Below, one piece after another: positions 23,981 to 32,000 of a stretch of DNA of 32,000 nucleotides (positions are counted from its first letter, which is position 1; the number at the start of each line of letters is the position of its first letter). Where the stretch lies: assembly GCA_964590885.1 (NCBI GenBank), contig CAZPWW010000014.1:23400-55399 (forward strand), given 5' to 3'. The position numbers were made by a program, and so were the translations under genes. The stretch is from an uncultured Phycisphaeraceae bacterium. Lineage in GTDB: Bacteria > Planctomycetota > Phycisphaerae > Phycisphaerales > UBA1924. The notes below the pieces were generated by a model. It ran no database searches. It was not told the origin of the DNA and worked only from the letters and a program-made list of their open reading frames with translations.

Positions 23981-26122
23981 CTACTTGCGGGCCGCCTGCG
24001 TCTTGGCGGCCGAGATCACGGCGTCGAGCGTGAAGCCGAACTTCTTCTGGAGTTCCTTGAGCGGGGCCGAAGCGCCGAAGGTCTTCATGCCCACCATGGC
24101 GCCGCCCGTGCCCACGTAGCGCTCCCAGCCGAAGGTGCCCGCCTGCTCGATGGCGACGCGCCCCTTGGTCGTTGGCGGCAGCACGTCGTCGCGGTACTTC
24201 TGGTCCTGGTGCTCGAAGAGTTCCCAACTGGGCATGCTCACCACGCGGGCCCGCACGCCCTCGGCCTTGAGTTTCTCGTAGGCCTCGACGGCCAGTTGCA
24301 CCTCGGTGCCCGTCGCCATCACGATGACATCGGGCTTGCCGTCGGGGGCGTTGCAGGCCAGGATGTATGCCCCCTTGGCCACGCCGCTCGCCGGAGCGTA
24401 CTTGGTGCGGTCGAGCGTGGCCATGGCCTGGCGGCTCAGGATCATGCAGACCGGCTCGTGGCGCATCTGCATCACCGTGCGCCACGCCTCGCTCACCTCG
24501 TTGGCATCGCCCGGGCGCATGGTGACTAGGCCGGGAATGGCCCGCAGCGCGATCAGATGTTCGATGGGCTGATGCGTGGGGCCGTCTTCACCTACGCCGA
24601 TCGAGTCGTGTGTGAAACAGTAGATCACCGGGATTTCCATGATCGCGGCGAGGCGGATCGCGGGGCGAGAGAAGTCGCTGAACACAAAGAAACCCGCCCC
24701 GAAGGGCCGCACCTTGCTGAGCGAGAGGCCGTTGAGGATGGAGCCCATCGCCAGTTCGCGGATGCCGAAGTGGAAGTTGCGCCCGCCCCAGCCCAGCGGG
24801 CTCTTGGGCGCGTGGTGGTCAAACGCCTCGCGGGGCGGGGAGAAGTCGCCCGCCCCGTCGAAGGTGAGGCGGGTCTTCGTGCTCGGGGCGAGGTCCGCGG
24901 CACCGCCGAGCAGCCAGGGCACGTTCTTGGCGATGGCGTTGAGGACCTTGCCGTTGGCGTCGCGCCCGGCCATGCCCTTGGGATCGGCCGGGAAGAGCGG
25001 AATGTCCTTGTCCCAGCCCTTGGGCAACTGCCGCTTCTGGATGTTGACGGTCTGCTCGGCCAGGTCCGGATGCTTGGCCTTGTACTGGTTGAACAGGTTC
25101 AGCCACTCGGCGTGGGCCGCGGCCCCGCGCCTGCCCATGCCGTCTTTGAAACTCTGGACGGCCTCGGGTGGCACCAGGAACTTCGCGTCCTCCGGCCAAC
25201 CGTAGAACTTCTTGGTCTTCTTGATCTCCTCTTCGCCCAGCGGCTCGCCGTGGGCGGTGTGCGTGTCCTGCTTGGTGGAGCCGTAGCCGATGTGCGAGTC
25301 GACGATGATGAGCGTGGGCCTGCCGCGCGTCTCCTTGAAGTTGCGGAACGCGCGCCGGAGCATGTCCAGATCGTTGGCATCGCCCACACGCGTCACGTTC
25401 CAGCCATACGCGATGAACCGCGTCGCCACGTCCTCGCTGAAGGCCCACTCCGTGTGCCCCTCGATCGTGATCTTGTTGTTGTCGTAGATCCAGCACAGGT
25501 TGTCGAGCTTCAGGTGCCCGGCGAGGCTGGCGGCTTCGCTGGCGGCACCCTCCATCATGCAGCCGTCGCCGCCGAGCGCGTAGACGTCATAGCCGAAGAG
25601 GTCGAAGCCGGGCCGGTTGTAGGTCGCCCCCATCCACTTGCTGGCGATGGCCATGCCCACGCTGGTGGCATAGCCCTGGCCGAGCGGGCCGGTGGTGGTC
25701 TCGATGCCGCTGGTCCACCGGTACTCCGGGTGGCCGGCGCAGCGGCTGTCCATCTGGCGGAACCGCTTGATGTCATCCAGCGGGACGCTGAGTTTGCCGA
25801 CCTGCTCGTACTCCTTGTTCACCGCCTTCACCTGGGCAAGGTGCAGCAGCGAGTAGATGAGCATGCTGGCGTGCCCCATGCTCAGCACAAACCGATCGCG
25901 GTTCGGCCAGATCGGGTTCTCGGGGTCGAAGCGCAGGAACTCGTTCCAGAGCGTGTAGCAGACCGGTGCCATGGCCATCGGCGTGCCGGGGTGCCCGCTG
26001 TTGGCTGCCTGCACCGCATCCATGCTCAGGGTGCGGATCGTGTTGATGGCCAGCTGTTCGATCTTCCTCTGGGCGTCGGTCCTGGGGGCGGGGGCAGGGT
26101 GGGCGGCTTCAATGTGAGACAT
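23981..26122 (-). CDS. tkt: transketolase
   Basis: The track ORF was trimmed to the ATG at 26122. Matching blocks are MSHIEAAH...INTIRTLSMDAVQAANSGHPGTPMAMAP, ..RDRFVLSMGHASMLIYSLLHL.., ..GPLGQGYATSVGMA.., ..ALGGDGCMMEG.. and ..HDSIGVGEDGPTHQPIEHL.. Confidence 0.95.
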   Translation of the reverse strand: MSHIEAAHPAPAPRTDAQRKIEQLAINTIRTLSMDAVQAANSGHPGTPMAMAPVCYTLWNEFLRFDPENPIWPNRDRFVLSMGHASMLIYSLLHLAQVKAVNKEYEQVGKLSVPLDDIKRFRQMDSRCAGHPEYRWTSGIETTTGPLGQGYATSVGMAIASKWMGATYNRPGFDLFGYDVYALGGDGCMMEGAASEAASLAGHLKLDNLCWIYDNNKITIEGHTEWAFSEDVATRFIAYGWNVTRVGDANDLDMLRRAFRNFKETRGRPTLIIVDSHIGYGSTKQDTHTAHGEPLGEEEIKKTKKFYGWPEDAKFLVPPEAVQSFKDGMGRRGAAAHAEWLNLFNQYKAKHPDLAEQTVNIQKRQLPKGWDKDIPLFPADPKGMAGRDANGKVLNAIAKNVPWLLGGAADLAPSTKTRLTFDGAGDFSPPREAFDHHAPKSPLGWGGRNFHFGIRELAMGSILNGLSLSKVRPFGAGFFVFSDFSRPAIRLAAIMEIPVIYCFTHDSIGVGEDGPTHQPIEHLIALRAIPGLVTMRPGDANEVSEAWRTVMQMRHEPVCMILSRQAMATLDRTKYAPASGVAKGAYILACNAPDGKPDVIVMATGTEVQLAVEAYEKLKAEGVRARVVSMPSWELFEHQDQKYRDDVLPPTTKGRVAIEQAGTFGWERYVGTGGAMVGMKTFGASAPLKELQKKFGFTLDAVISAAKTQAARK

Positions 26123-26297
26123 GTTCGGGGCTCCGTTTGGGCGCGGCGGGCGCGATGGGCACGTGCTGGCGTGGGGGGCGGCCACCCCGGCGGCCCCGCA
26201 GTGTGCCCGAAGACCCGCCTCCCGTCAAATGGGCACCGCCGCCCACACGGGTATGGCCGTTGGCGATGTGTTTGAGCCGGCCTTTGTTCTCCGGGGC

Positions 26298-26327
26298 TTG
26301 CCGCGGGTGCCGCCCTCCGGATAGGAT
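26298..26327 (+). promoter_or_regulatory. possible sigma-70-type promoter for the LuxR-family gene
   Basis: TTGCCG-N18-TAGGAT lies ~40 nt upstream of the ATG at 26369. This is a pattern match only. Confidence 0.25.
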
Positions 26328-26368
26328 GGACGCCGCGGCACGGATTCGCCCGCGGAAGGCGATCGAGC

Positions 26369-27184
26369 ATGACCATGACCACGACCCTTTCGGCTCAGCC
26401 GCCCGTTGTGCTTGCGGCCCCACCGGCTCCGTCCTCACCGGTCCGCGGCGGCGAGCCGGCCCGCCACTTTTTGTCGCACGCGGGCGTCGCCGCGCTGCTC
26501 GAGGCCCTCGTCGCCGATTCCGGGAGCGACGTGGCCCTGCTCGATCAGGACGGCCGATTTCTCTTTGTGTCGCCGGTGGTGCGGTGGTGGAAGTACCCTT
26601 CGGCAAAGTCCCCGGTGGCCGGAAAGACGCTGCACGAACTCCTGCCCGCCGATGCGGCCGCGGAGCGTCTGGCCCTGCTGCTGCGCTGCGCGCGCGAGAA
26701 GCGGGCGCTGTCGCTCCTGGGCATGTGGAGCGGCGTGCAGGTACGCACGACGCTGCGGCCGATCGAGACCCCCGACCGGGGAACGCTGGTGCTGGCCGTG
26801 TGCCGCCCCTTCGGCAGCGAGCAGGAGACTGTCGCAGGCGCATCGGCGGCCGAGGGCGGCAACGCGGGCGAGGGCGGGACGCTGGTGCAGGCCCGGTGGA
26901 CGGACCGCGGGCAGCTTGAGAGCCTCACGCCGCGCGAGATCGAGGTGCTCACGCTGATCGGTCAGGGCCTGACCACCGCCGACATCGCCAAGACGCTCTA
27001 CCGCAGCCACAAGACGGTGGAGGCGCACCGCCTGAGCCTGGGCCTGAAACTCAAGGCCAAGAACCGTGTGGAGTTGGCCCGCATCGCCTTCCGGGCGGGG
27101 CTCACGCAGCACCGTCCCACGAAGCCGACGATCGCGGCGCGTCTGGCCGCCATGCGCAGCGCGCCTGGCGACGCGGCGGCGTAA
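26369..27184 (+). CDS. LuxR/FixJ-family transcriptional regulator with an N-terminal PAS-like sensor region (no receiver domain)
   Basis: The C-terminal HTH is LTPREIEVLTLIGQGLTTADIAKTLYRSHKTVEAHRLSLGLKLKAKNRVELARIA. The N-terminal part (DVALLDQDGRFLFVSPVV...GKTLHELLP...RTTLRPIE..GTLVLAVCRP) has a PAS-like pattern. Confidence 0.8.
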   Translation: MTMTTTLSAQPPVVLAAPPAPSSPVRGGEPARHFLSHAGVAALLEALVADSGSDVALLDQDGRFLFVSPVVRWWKYPSAKSPVAGKTLHELLPADAAAERLALLLRCAREKRALSLLGMWSGVQVRTTLRPIETPDRGTLVLAVCRPFGSEQETVAGASAAEGGNAGEGGTLVQARWTDRGQLESLTPREIEVLTLIGQGLTTADIAKTLYRSHKTVEAHRLSLGLKLKAKNRVELARIAFRAGLTQHRPTKPTIAARLAAMRSAPGDAAA

Positions 27185-27254
27185 AGGTTCTCAATCACCT
27201 TCAAGCGGCGCGGGTTCGGCGAAAGCCCTGTCGGCACGGTGTTTCGCGTGTAGA

Positions 27255-29537
27255 TCAGCGGCGGTCGCGCCCGCCACCGCGATCGCCACGATCGCCCCCT
27301 CGGTGCCCGCCACGATCACCGCGGTCGCCGCGGTAACCGCCGCCGCCCCCCCCGCCTTCGCCGCCGCCATGGGCTCCGGCCGCAGCCATTGCCGCCTCGA
27401 GTTCGGCGGGGTCCATGGCCTGCTTGGCGCTGAGTTTGATGCGGCCCTGGTCGTCAACCAGGATGACCTTGACTTTGATGGTGTCGCCGACCTTCACGAC
27501 ATCGCCCACGCTCTTGACATAGCCGGCCGCGAGTTCGGAGATGTGGCACATGCCGTCGGTGCCCGGGGCGAGTTCGACGAAGGCACCGAAGTCCTTGGTG
27601 CTCACCACCTTGCCGTGGTAGATGGCGCCCACCTTGATGTCCTCGGTGAGGGCCTCGATCTCGGCCTTGCACTGGTTGATCGTCTCTCCGTTCGGGCTGG
27701 CGAGCATGACGGTGCCGTCGTCCTCCACCTCGATGGTGACGCCGTACTTGTCCTGCAGACCGCGGATCATCTTGCCGCCGGGCCCGATGAGTTTCCCGAT
27801 CTTCTCCGGGTTGATCATGATGGTGACCAGCCGCGGGGCGTGGGGGCTGATCTCGGCGCGGGGGCGGGGGATGATCTTCTCCATCGTATCGATGATCTCG
27901 AGGCGGCCCTTCCGGGCCTGTTCGAGGATCACCTCGCACTGGGCCAGCGAGAGGCCGCGGGCCTTGAGATCGAGTTGGATGCCGGTGATCCCCTCGCGAG
28001 TGCCGGCCACCTTGAAGTCCATGTCGCCGAAGAAGTCCTCTTCGCCGATGATGTCGGTGACGAAGAGTTCGTTGCCGCCGTGCTCATCGGTGAAGCGGCC
28101 GACGCTGATGCCGGCGCAGGTGTTCTTGATGGGCACGCCCGCGTCCATCATGGCCAGGCAGCCGCCGCACACGCTCGCCATGCTCGACGAGCCGTTGCTC
28201 TCGGTGATGTCGCTCACCACGCGCACGGTGTACGGGAAGTCCTCCGGGCTGGGCAGGATGCCCAGGAGCGACCGCTCGGCGAGCGCGCCGTGGCCGATCT
28301 CTCGCCGACCCGGGCCGGTGATGCGCTTCACCTCGCCCGTCGAGAACGGGGGGAAGTTGTAGTGCAGCATGAACTTCTTGGAGTACTCGGGCAGCAGGCC
28401 GTCGACGATCTGCTCGTCTTTGCCGGTGCCCAGCGTGCACGACACCAGGCTCTGGGTCTCGCCGCGCTGGAAGAACGCGGAGCCGTGCGTGCGGGCGAAG
28501 ACACCGACCTCTCCGGTGATCTCGCGGATCTGCAGCGGCCCGCGCCCATCGGCCCGCGTCTTCTGCTCCACGATGAGCTTGCGGGTGATCTTCTCTTCGA
28601 GTCGCTTGAAGGCGTCTTTGGCCTGCATGCGGCGCTTCACGCTCTCCTGGTGCACGGCCACGGTGCTCGTGGCGTTCTCGGCGAAGTGCGTATCGAGCAG
28701 TTCCTTCCGGAGCGCATCCACGGCGTCGTTGCGGGCCTTCTTCCCGTTGATCTTGCGGGCCGCGATCATGCGTGCCTCGCACGTCTTGGCGACAAAGGCC
28801 GTGATCTCGTCGGAGGGAAGGAAGATGTCGCCGAGCACCTTGGCCTTGCCGGCCTGCCGCGCCAGGTCATCGATGAGGGCGATGATCTGCTTGATGCCGT
28901 CGTAGCCGAAGGCCATGGAGGCGTGCACATCCTTCTCGCCCACCTCGGCGGCGCCCACCTCGATCATGTTCAGGCCGTCTTTGTGGCCGCTGAGCACGAG
29001 GTCAAGGTCGCTGAACTCCATCTGGCTCACCGTGGGGTTGAGGGCGAACTTCGGGCCCTCGTCGGTGTGAATGCGGGCCACGCGCACCGTCGCGATCGGC
29101 CCCTCGAAGGGCACGTCGCTCAGGGCCAGCGCGGCCGAGGCGGCGGTGCCGGCCAGCACGTCCGAGTCGTTCTCGCCGTCGTGGCTCATCACGAAGCACT
29201 GCACCAGCACCTCGTCAAAGTACCCGTCGGGGAAGAGCGGGCGGATGGGCCGGTCGATCAGCCGCATCGTGAGGATTTCCTTCTCGTTGGGCGCGCCCTC
29301 GCGTTTGCGGAAGCCGCCGGGGAACTTGCCCGCGGCGCTGGTCTTCTCGCGGTAGTCGACCGTGAGGCCGAGGAAGTCGGTGCCGGGGCGGGGGGAGCCA
29401 CGCGTGACGGTGGCGAGCACGGTGGTGCCGCCGAACGTGGCCAGCACCGCGGCGTTGCACAGTTTGGCGACCTTGCCGGTCTCCAGCGTGAGCGTGCGGC
29501 CGCCGATCTCTGCCGAGACGCGGATGGGGGTGGTCAT
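27255..29537 (-). CDS. pnp: polyribonucleotide nucleotidyltransferase (PNPase) with an Arg/Gly-rich C-terminal tail
   Basis: The track ORF was trimmed to the ATG at 29537 (MTTPIRVSAEIGGRTLTLETGKVAKLCNAAVLATFGGTTVLATV). Two RNase PH domains are present. The KH domain includes PEKIGKLIGPGGKMIRGLQ. The S1 domain includes GAIYHGKVVSTKDFGAFVEL. The tail is GGGEGGGGGGGYRGDRGDRGGHRGGDRGDRGGGRDRR. Confidence 0.95.
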   Translation of the reverse strand: MTTPIRVSAEIGGRTLTLETGKVAKLCNAAVLATFGGTTVLATVTRGSPRPGTDFLGLTVDYREKTSAAGKFPGGFRKREGAPNEKEILTMRLIDRPIRPLFPDGYFDEVLVQCFVMSHDGENDSDVLAGTAASAALALSDVPFEGPIATVRVARIHTDEGPKFALNPTVSQMEFSDLDLVLSGHKDGLNMIEVGAAEVGEKDVHASMAFGYDGIKQIIALIDDLARQAGKAKVLGDIFLPSDEITAFVAKTCEARMIAARKINGKKARNDAVDALRKELLDTHFAENATSTVAVHQESVKRRMQAKDAFKRLEEKITRKLIVEQKTRADGRGPLQIREITGEVGVFARTHGSAFFQRGETQSLVSCTLGTGKDEQIVDGLLPEYSKKFMLHYNFPPFSTGEVKRITGPGRREIGHGALAERSLLGILPSPEDFPYTVRVVSDITESNGSSSMASVCGGCLAMMDAGVPIKNTCAGISVGRFTDEHGGNELFVTDIIGEEDFFGDMDFKVAGTREGITGIQLDLKARGLSLAQCEVILEQARKGRLEIIDTMEKIIPRPRAEISPHAPRLVTIMINPEKIGKLIGPGGKMIRGLQDKYGVTIEVEDDGTVMLASPNGETINQCKAEIEALTEDIKVGAIYHGKVVSTKDFGAFVELAPGTDGMCHISELAAGYVKSVGDVVKVGDTIKVKVILVDDQGRIKLSAKQAMDPAELEAAMAAAGAHGGGEGGGGGGGYRGDRGDRGGHRGGDRGDRGGGRDRR

Positions 29538-29699
29538 GTTGCTCGTTCCTTTCGCGTGCCGCCAGCTTCTTGCGCCGGGGGCGGGGTGGATGTACGCGAC
29601 CGCCGCGGCCCGCGTGCGCCCCGCCTCAAGGCGAGCGCCACACGGCCGTCTGTCGATCGCCGGGCCACCAGATTCGGTACGGGAGGGCGGGGTTGCACC

Positions 29700-29792
29700 T
29701 GCCAAACGCCCAAAATGCCAGGAGGTCGGGTGCGGTGCGGCGGGCAGACTTGCCCGCATCGTCCGGCCGCCTGGCCATTTGGGTCTTTGGGG
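29700..29792 (-). repeat. inverted CCAAA/TTTGG octamer arrays flanking a GC hairpin in the rpsO-pnp leader (same unit type as the groES-groEL2 element)
   Basis: The plus strand reads TGCCAAAC GCCCAAAA TGCCAGGA, then ... GCGGGCA-gact-TGCCCGC (29740-29757), then ... CCTGGCC ATTTGGGT CTTTGGGG. It lies 160-255 nt upstream of the pnp ATG. Confidence 0.7.
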
Positions 29793-29832
29793 GTGGTTGC
29801 CCCGCCGCCGATCGCTCCGGGCGGCCCCTTGT

Positions 29833-29877
29833 CGAAACCCGAAACAAACAGGCCCGCAGACATTCGTCCGCGGGCCT
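29833..29877 (-). terminator. rpsO terminator/attenuator hairpin
   Basis: The minus-strand RNA reads AGGCCCGCGGAC-GAAU-GUCUGCGGGCCU, a 12-bp stem including one G-U pair. It begins 13 nt after the rpsO TAA and is followed by GUUUGUUUCGGGUUUCG. Confidence 0.6.
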
Positions 29878-29889
29878 GAGATTGGTCGC

Positions 29890-30159
29890 TTACTTCCGCA
29901 GGCCCAGTCGGCCGATCAGGCCCGTGTACCGCTCGCGGTCCGTTCGCGAGAGGTAGCGGAGCAGCCGGTTGCGGCGGGCCGCCATCATCACCAGCCCGCG
30001 CCGGGAGTGGGCGTCTTTGAGGTGAATCTTGAGGTGCTCGGAGAGGTCGTTGATCCGCTCGGTGAGCAGCGCGACCTGCACCTCGGGCGAGCCCGTGTCG
30101 CCGGGCTTGGTGGCGTAGTTCTTCACGAGCGTGGCGCGGGCCTCTTGAGCGGTGGTCAT
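29890..30159 (-). CDS. rpsO: 30S ribosomal protein S15
   Basis: The track ORF was trimmed to the ATG at 30159. The product is [89 protein letters not shown]. 89 aa, canonical S15. Confidence 0.96.
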   Translation of the reverse strand: MTTAQEARATLVKNYATKPGDTGSPEVQVALLTERINDLSEHLKIHLKDAHSRRGLVMMAARRNRLLRYLSRTDRERYTGLIGRLGLRK

Positions 30160-30213
30160 GGTTCGGTGCGTCCTCGCACGGCCTGCCAATGCGCGGCAGC
30201 CCGTAATGAGGGC

Positions 30214-30243
30214 GATACTAGGCAAGCCGGGGGGGGTGATCAA
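30214..30243 (-). promoter_or_regulatory. possible sigma-70-type promoter for rpsO
   Basis: The minus strand reads TTGATC-N18-TAGTAT. The spacer contains a C8 run. The predicted leader is ~48 nt. This is a pattern match only. Confidence 0.3.
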
Positions 30244-30310
30244 CGGCCCGAGGCACACAGATAGGGTGCGTGGGAGGGCCGGTCGGCGTGTGTTCGCTAC
30301 ATTTGTGGTC

Positions 30311-31561
30311 ATGAACCTCTCCCGCCGCGTCAGCGGTCTCAAGCCCTCCAGCACCGTAGCCGTGATGAACAAGGCCAAGGCCCTCATCGCCCAGGGCGTG
30401 CCCGTCCTCAACTTCTCCGCCGGCGAGCCCGACTTCAACTCACCCCAGAAGGCCAAGGACGCGGCCATCGCCGCCCTGCAGGGCAACCAGACCAAGTACA
30501 TCCCCGCCGCGGGCGATCAACCCACCCGCGAACTCCTCGCGCGCCTGATTTCCGAGCGCAACGCCATCCCCAACTGCACCGCCGACCACGTCGTCATCAC
30601 CACCGGCGTGAAGATGGCCCTCTACCTCAGCTACCAGGCCTTGTTTGATGTTGCGACCGCCGGCGGTGCCCCCATGGAGATGCTCCTGCCTGTCCCCGCG
30701 TGGGTGAGTTTCGCGCCCATGGCCGAACTCGCCGGTGCGAAGGTGGTCGAAATCGACACCCGCGCGGAAACGGGCTTCAAGATCACGCCCGCGCAACTCA
30801 AGGCCGCCATCACGCCCCGCAGCCGCGTGCTCATGCTCAACAGCCCGAGCAACCCGTGCAGCACCATGTACACGCGGGCGGAACTCGAAGCACTGGCCGC
30901 CGTGGTCGCCGAGGCCGCACGCACCATCGCACCCGAACTCGTCATCGTCAGCGACGAGTTGTACCAGCACATCGTTTTCGGCGACACGCCCTTTGTCTCG
31001 ATCGGCAGCATCGCCAGCGTGGCGGAGCGCACGATCACCATCAACGGCCCGGGCAAGAGTTTCGCCATGACGGGCTGGCGCCTGGGCTGGCTGAGCGGCA
31101 GCGGCGACTTCGGCAAGGCCTTCGCCGCCGCGCTCATCAAACTCGCCGGCCAGACCACTACCTGCGTGCCGCCCTTCGAGTTGGCAGGCATGCGTGTCGC
31201 CCTCACCGAGTGCGCCGATGAACTCGAAGCCATGCGGCGGGCGTTCGCGGCCCGGGCGAAGGTCATCTACGACCTGCTCGCCGCCATCCCGAACGTGAAG
31301 GTGGCCCGCCCTATCGGCGCGTTTTACGCCTTCCCCGACTTGGCCGCGTACCTCGGCAAGACCACCCCGGCTGGAAAACGCCTCGCCACGCCCGCCGAGC
31401 TCGCCGCGGCACTGCTGGACGAGAAGCAGATGGCCGTGGTGCCGGGCGAGGACTTCGGCGGCGTTGGCCGCACCAGCATCCGCATCAGTTTCGCCTGCTC
31501 TGAAGATCAGATCCGCGAGGGAATGAAGCGCCTGAGTGAGTTCCTGCTGGTCCTTCGGTAG
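30311..31561 (+). CDS. pyridoxal-phosphate-dependent aminotransferase, class I (aspartate aminotransferase-like)
   Basis: The track ORF was trimmed to the ATG at 30311. Matching blocks are [42 protein letters not shown].., ..[18 protein letters not shown].. and ..[16 protein letters not shown] (PLP-lysine block). The C-terminus reads [17 protein letters not shown]. Confidence 0.9.
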   Translation: MNLSRRVSGLKPSSTVAVMNKAKALIAQGVPVLNFSAGEPDFNSPQKAKDAAIAALQGNQTKYIPAAGDQPTRELLARLISERNAIPNCTADHVVITTGVKMALYLSYQALFDVATAGGAPMEMLLPVPAWVSFAPMAELAGAKVVEIDTRAETGFKITPAQLKAAITPRSRVLMLNSPSNPCSTMYTRAELEALAAVVAEAARTIAPELVIVSDELYQHIVFGDTPFVSIGSIASVAERTITINGPGKSFAMTGWRLGWLSGSGDFGKAFAAALIKLAGQTTTCVPPFELAGMRVALTECADELEAMRRAFAARAKVIYDLLAAIPNVKVARPIGAFYAFPDLAAYLGKTTPAGKRLATPAELAAALLDEKQMAVVPGEDFGGVGRTSIRISFACSEDQIREGMKRLSEFLLVLR

Positions 31562-31601
31562 CGCGGGGCCCGCGGCCTATGCTCGGCGCGTCGCCCCGCG
31601 C
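31561..31601 (+). terminator. GC hairpin after the aminotransferase stop (weak terminator candidate, no U-tract)
   Basis: GCGCGGGGC (31561-31569) pairs with GCCCCGCGC (31593-31601). This is a 9-bp stem with a 23-nt loop. Confidence 0.25.
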
Positions 31602-31648
31602 GCTGGGGCGTGGTTCTGCCCGCCCTCGCAGCAAAGCCGGAGACCGCC

Positions 31649-32000
31649 CATGGCCAAGAAACGCCGCCCCCCGACCACCGCCCGTTCGTCTCGTGCCCCC
31701 CGCTCCTCGCGCACAGCGGTGCGCAAGCAATCGGGCCCGGCCAAGAAGGCCGCACCCTCCAGACATCGCCGCAAGAAAAGCGCCTCGCGCCCCACCGCAG
31801 CCCGTGGCACAGCGCCCGCTGCGCTCAGCAAGGCCGAGGCCATTGCGCTGCTCGAGTGGGTGCACGCCTTCACCACCAAGATGGCCGACGGCTGGCCCGC
31901 CGACCGGGTCGCCTTTCAGACCGCGCCCACCGACAACCACCTGCTCTGGACGCTCGGCCACCTGGCCACGACCTACGCCTGGTTCACGGGCCTGCTCACC
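31649..32000 (+). CDS. DinB-family-like protein with a highly basic N-terminal tail (3' end runs off the window)
   Basis: My own translation from the ATG at 31649 gives MAKKRRPPTTARSSRAPRSSRTAVRKQSGPAKKAAPSRHRRKKSASRPTAARGTAPAALSKAEAIALLEWVHAFTTKMADGWPADRVAFQTAPTDNHLLWTLGHLATTYAWFTGLL. The ..NHLLWTLGHLA.. block resembles the first helix and metal-binding His of DinB/DinB_2 proteins. It is absent from the track because it is open to the window edge. Confidence 0.55.

Noticed and set aside
30229-30236. A G8/C8 homopolymer in the rpsO-aminotransferase divergent region, considered as a possible phase-variable tract in the rpsO promoter spacer.
   Set aside because: Eight residues is short for slipped-strand variation. 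The flanking genes are housekeeping, and the promoter assignment itself is only a pattern match.

Overview
Very GC-rich bacterial chromosomal segment. Third codon positions are almost all G/C, so long spurious antisense ORFs occur throughout the track. Genes were called on recognisable protein motifs, and starts were trimmed to the conserved N-termini.

Content, left to right:
1. A minus-strand late flagellar operon: flgF-flgG-flgA-flgH-flgI-flgJ (rod-binding domain only)-flgN-like-flgK-flgL (flgL runs off the window start).
2. On the same strand just upstream, a three-gene module. It encodes a bitopic Roadblock-like/TM/OmpA-domain protein, translationally coupled (ATGA) to a Ras/Rab-like small GTPase, followed by a cysteine-less FmdB-like peptide.
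3. A divergent GAF-PP2C (SpoIIE/RsbU-type) phosphatase.
4. argR-argF-argG on the minus strand.
5. A plus-strand chaperone supercluster: orphan groEL1, a small Gly/Pro-rich protein, dedA, groES-groEL2, dnaJ, grpE, a canonical FmdB zinc ribbon and acpS.
6. Transketolase, a PAS-like/LuxR regulator, rpsO-pnp, a class I aminotransferase, and a partial DinB-like gene with a basic tail.

I recognised no rRNA, tRNA, CRISPR array, transposase or phage genes.

The most interesting items are:
- The GTPase/OmpA module beside the flagellar genes. Its GTPase has non-canonical catalytic positions.
- A set of unusual intergenic elements: inverted arrays of tandem 7-8-nt units around GC hairpins. They lie in the groES-groEL2, groEL2-dnaJ and rpsO-pnp spacers, and two of them end a few nt before a start codon.
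- A consensus sigma-54 promoter in front of the orphan groEL1.

Gene style is compatible with Planctomycetota (multiple GroELs, FmdB ribbons, RGG tails, weak Shine-Dalgarno usage, apparent leaderless starts). That assignment is only a guess.
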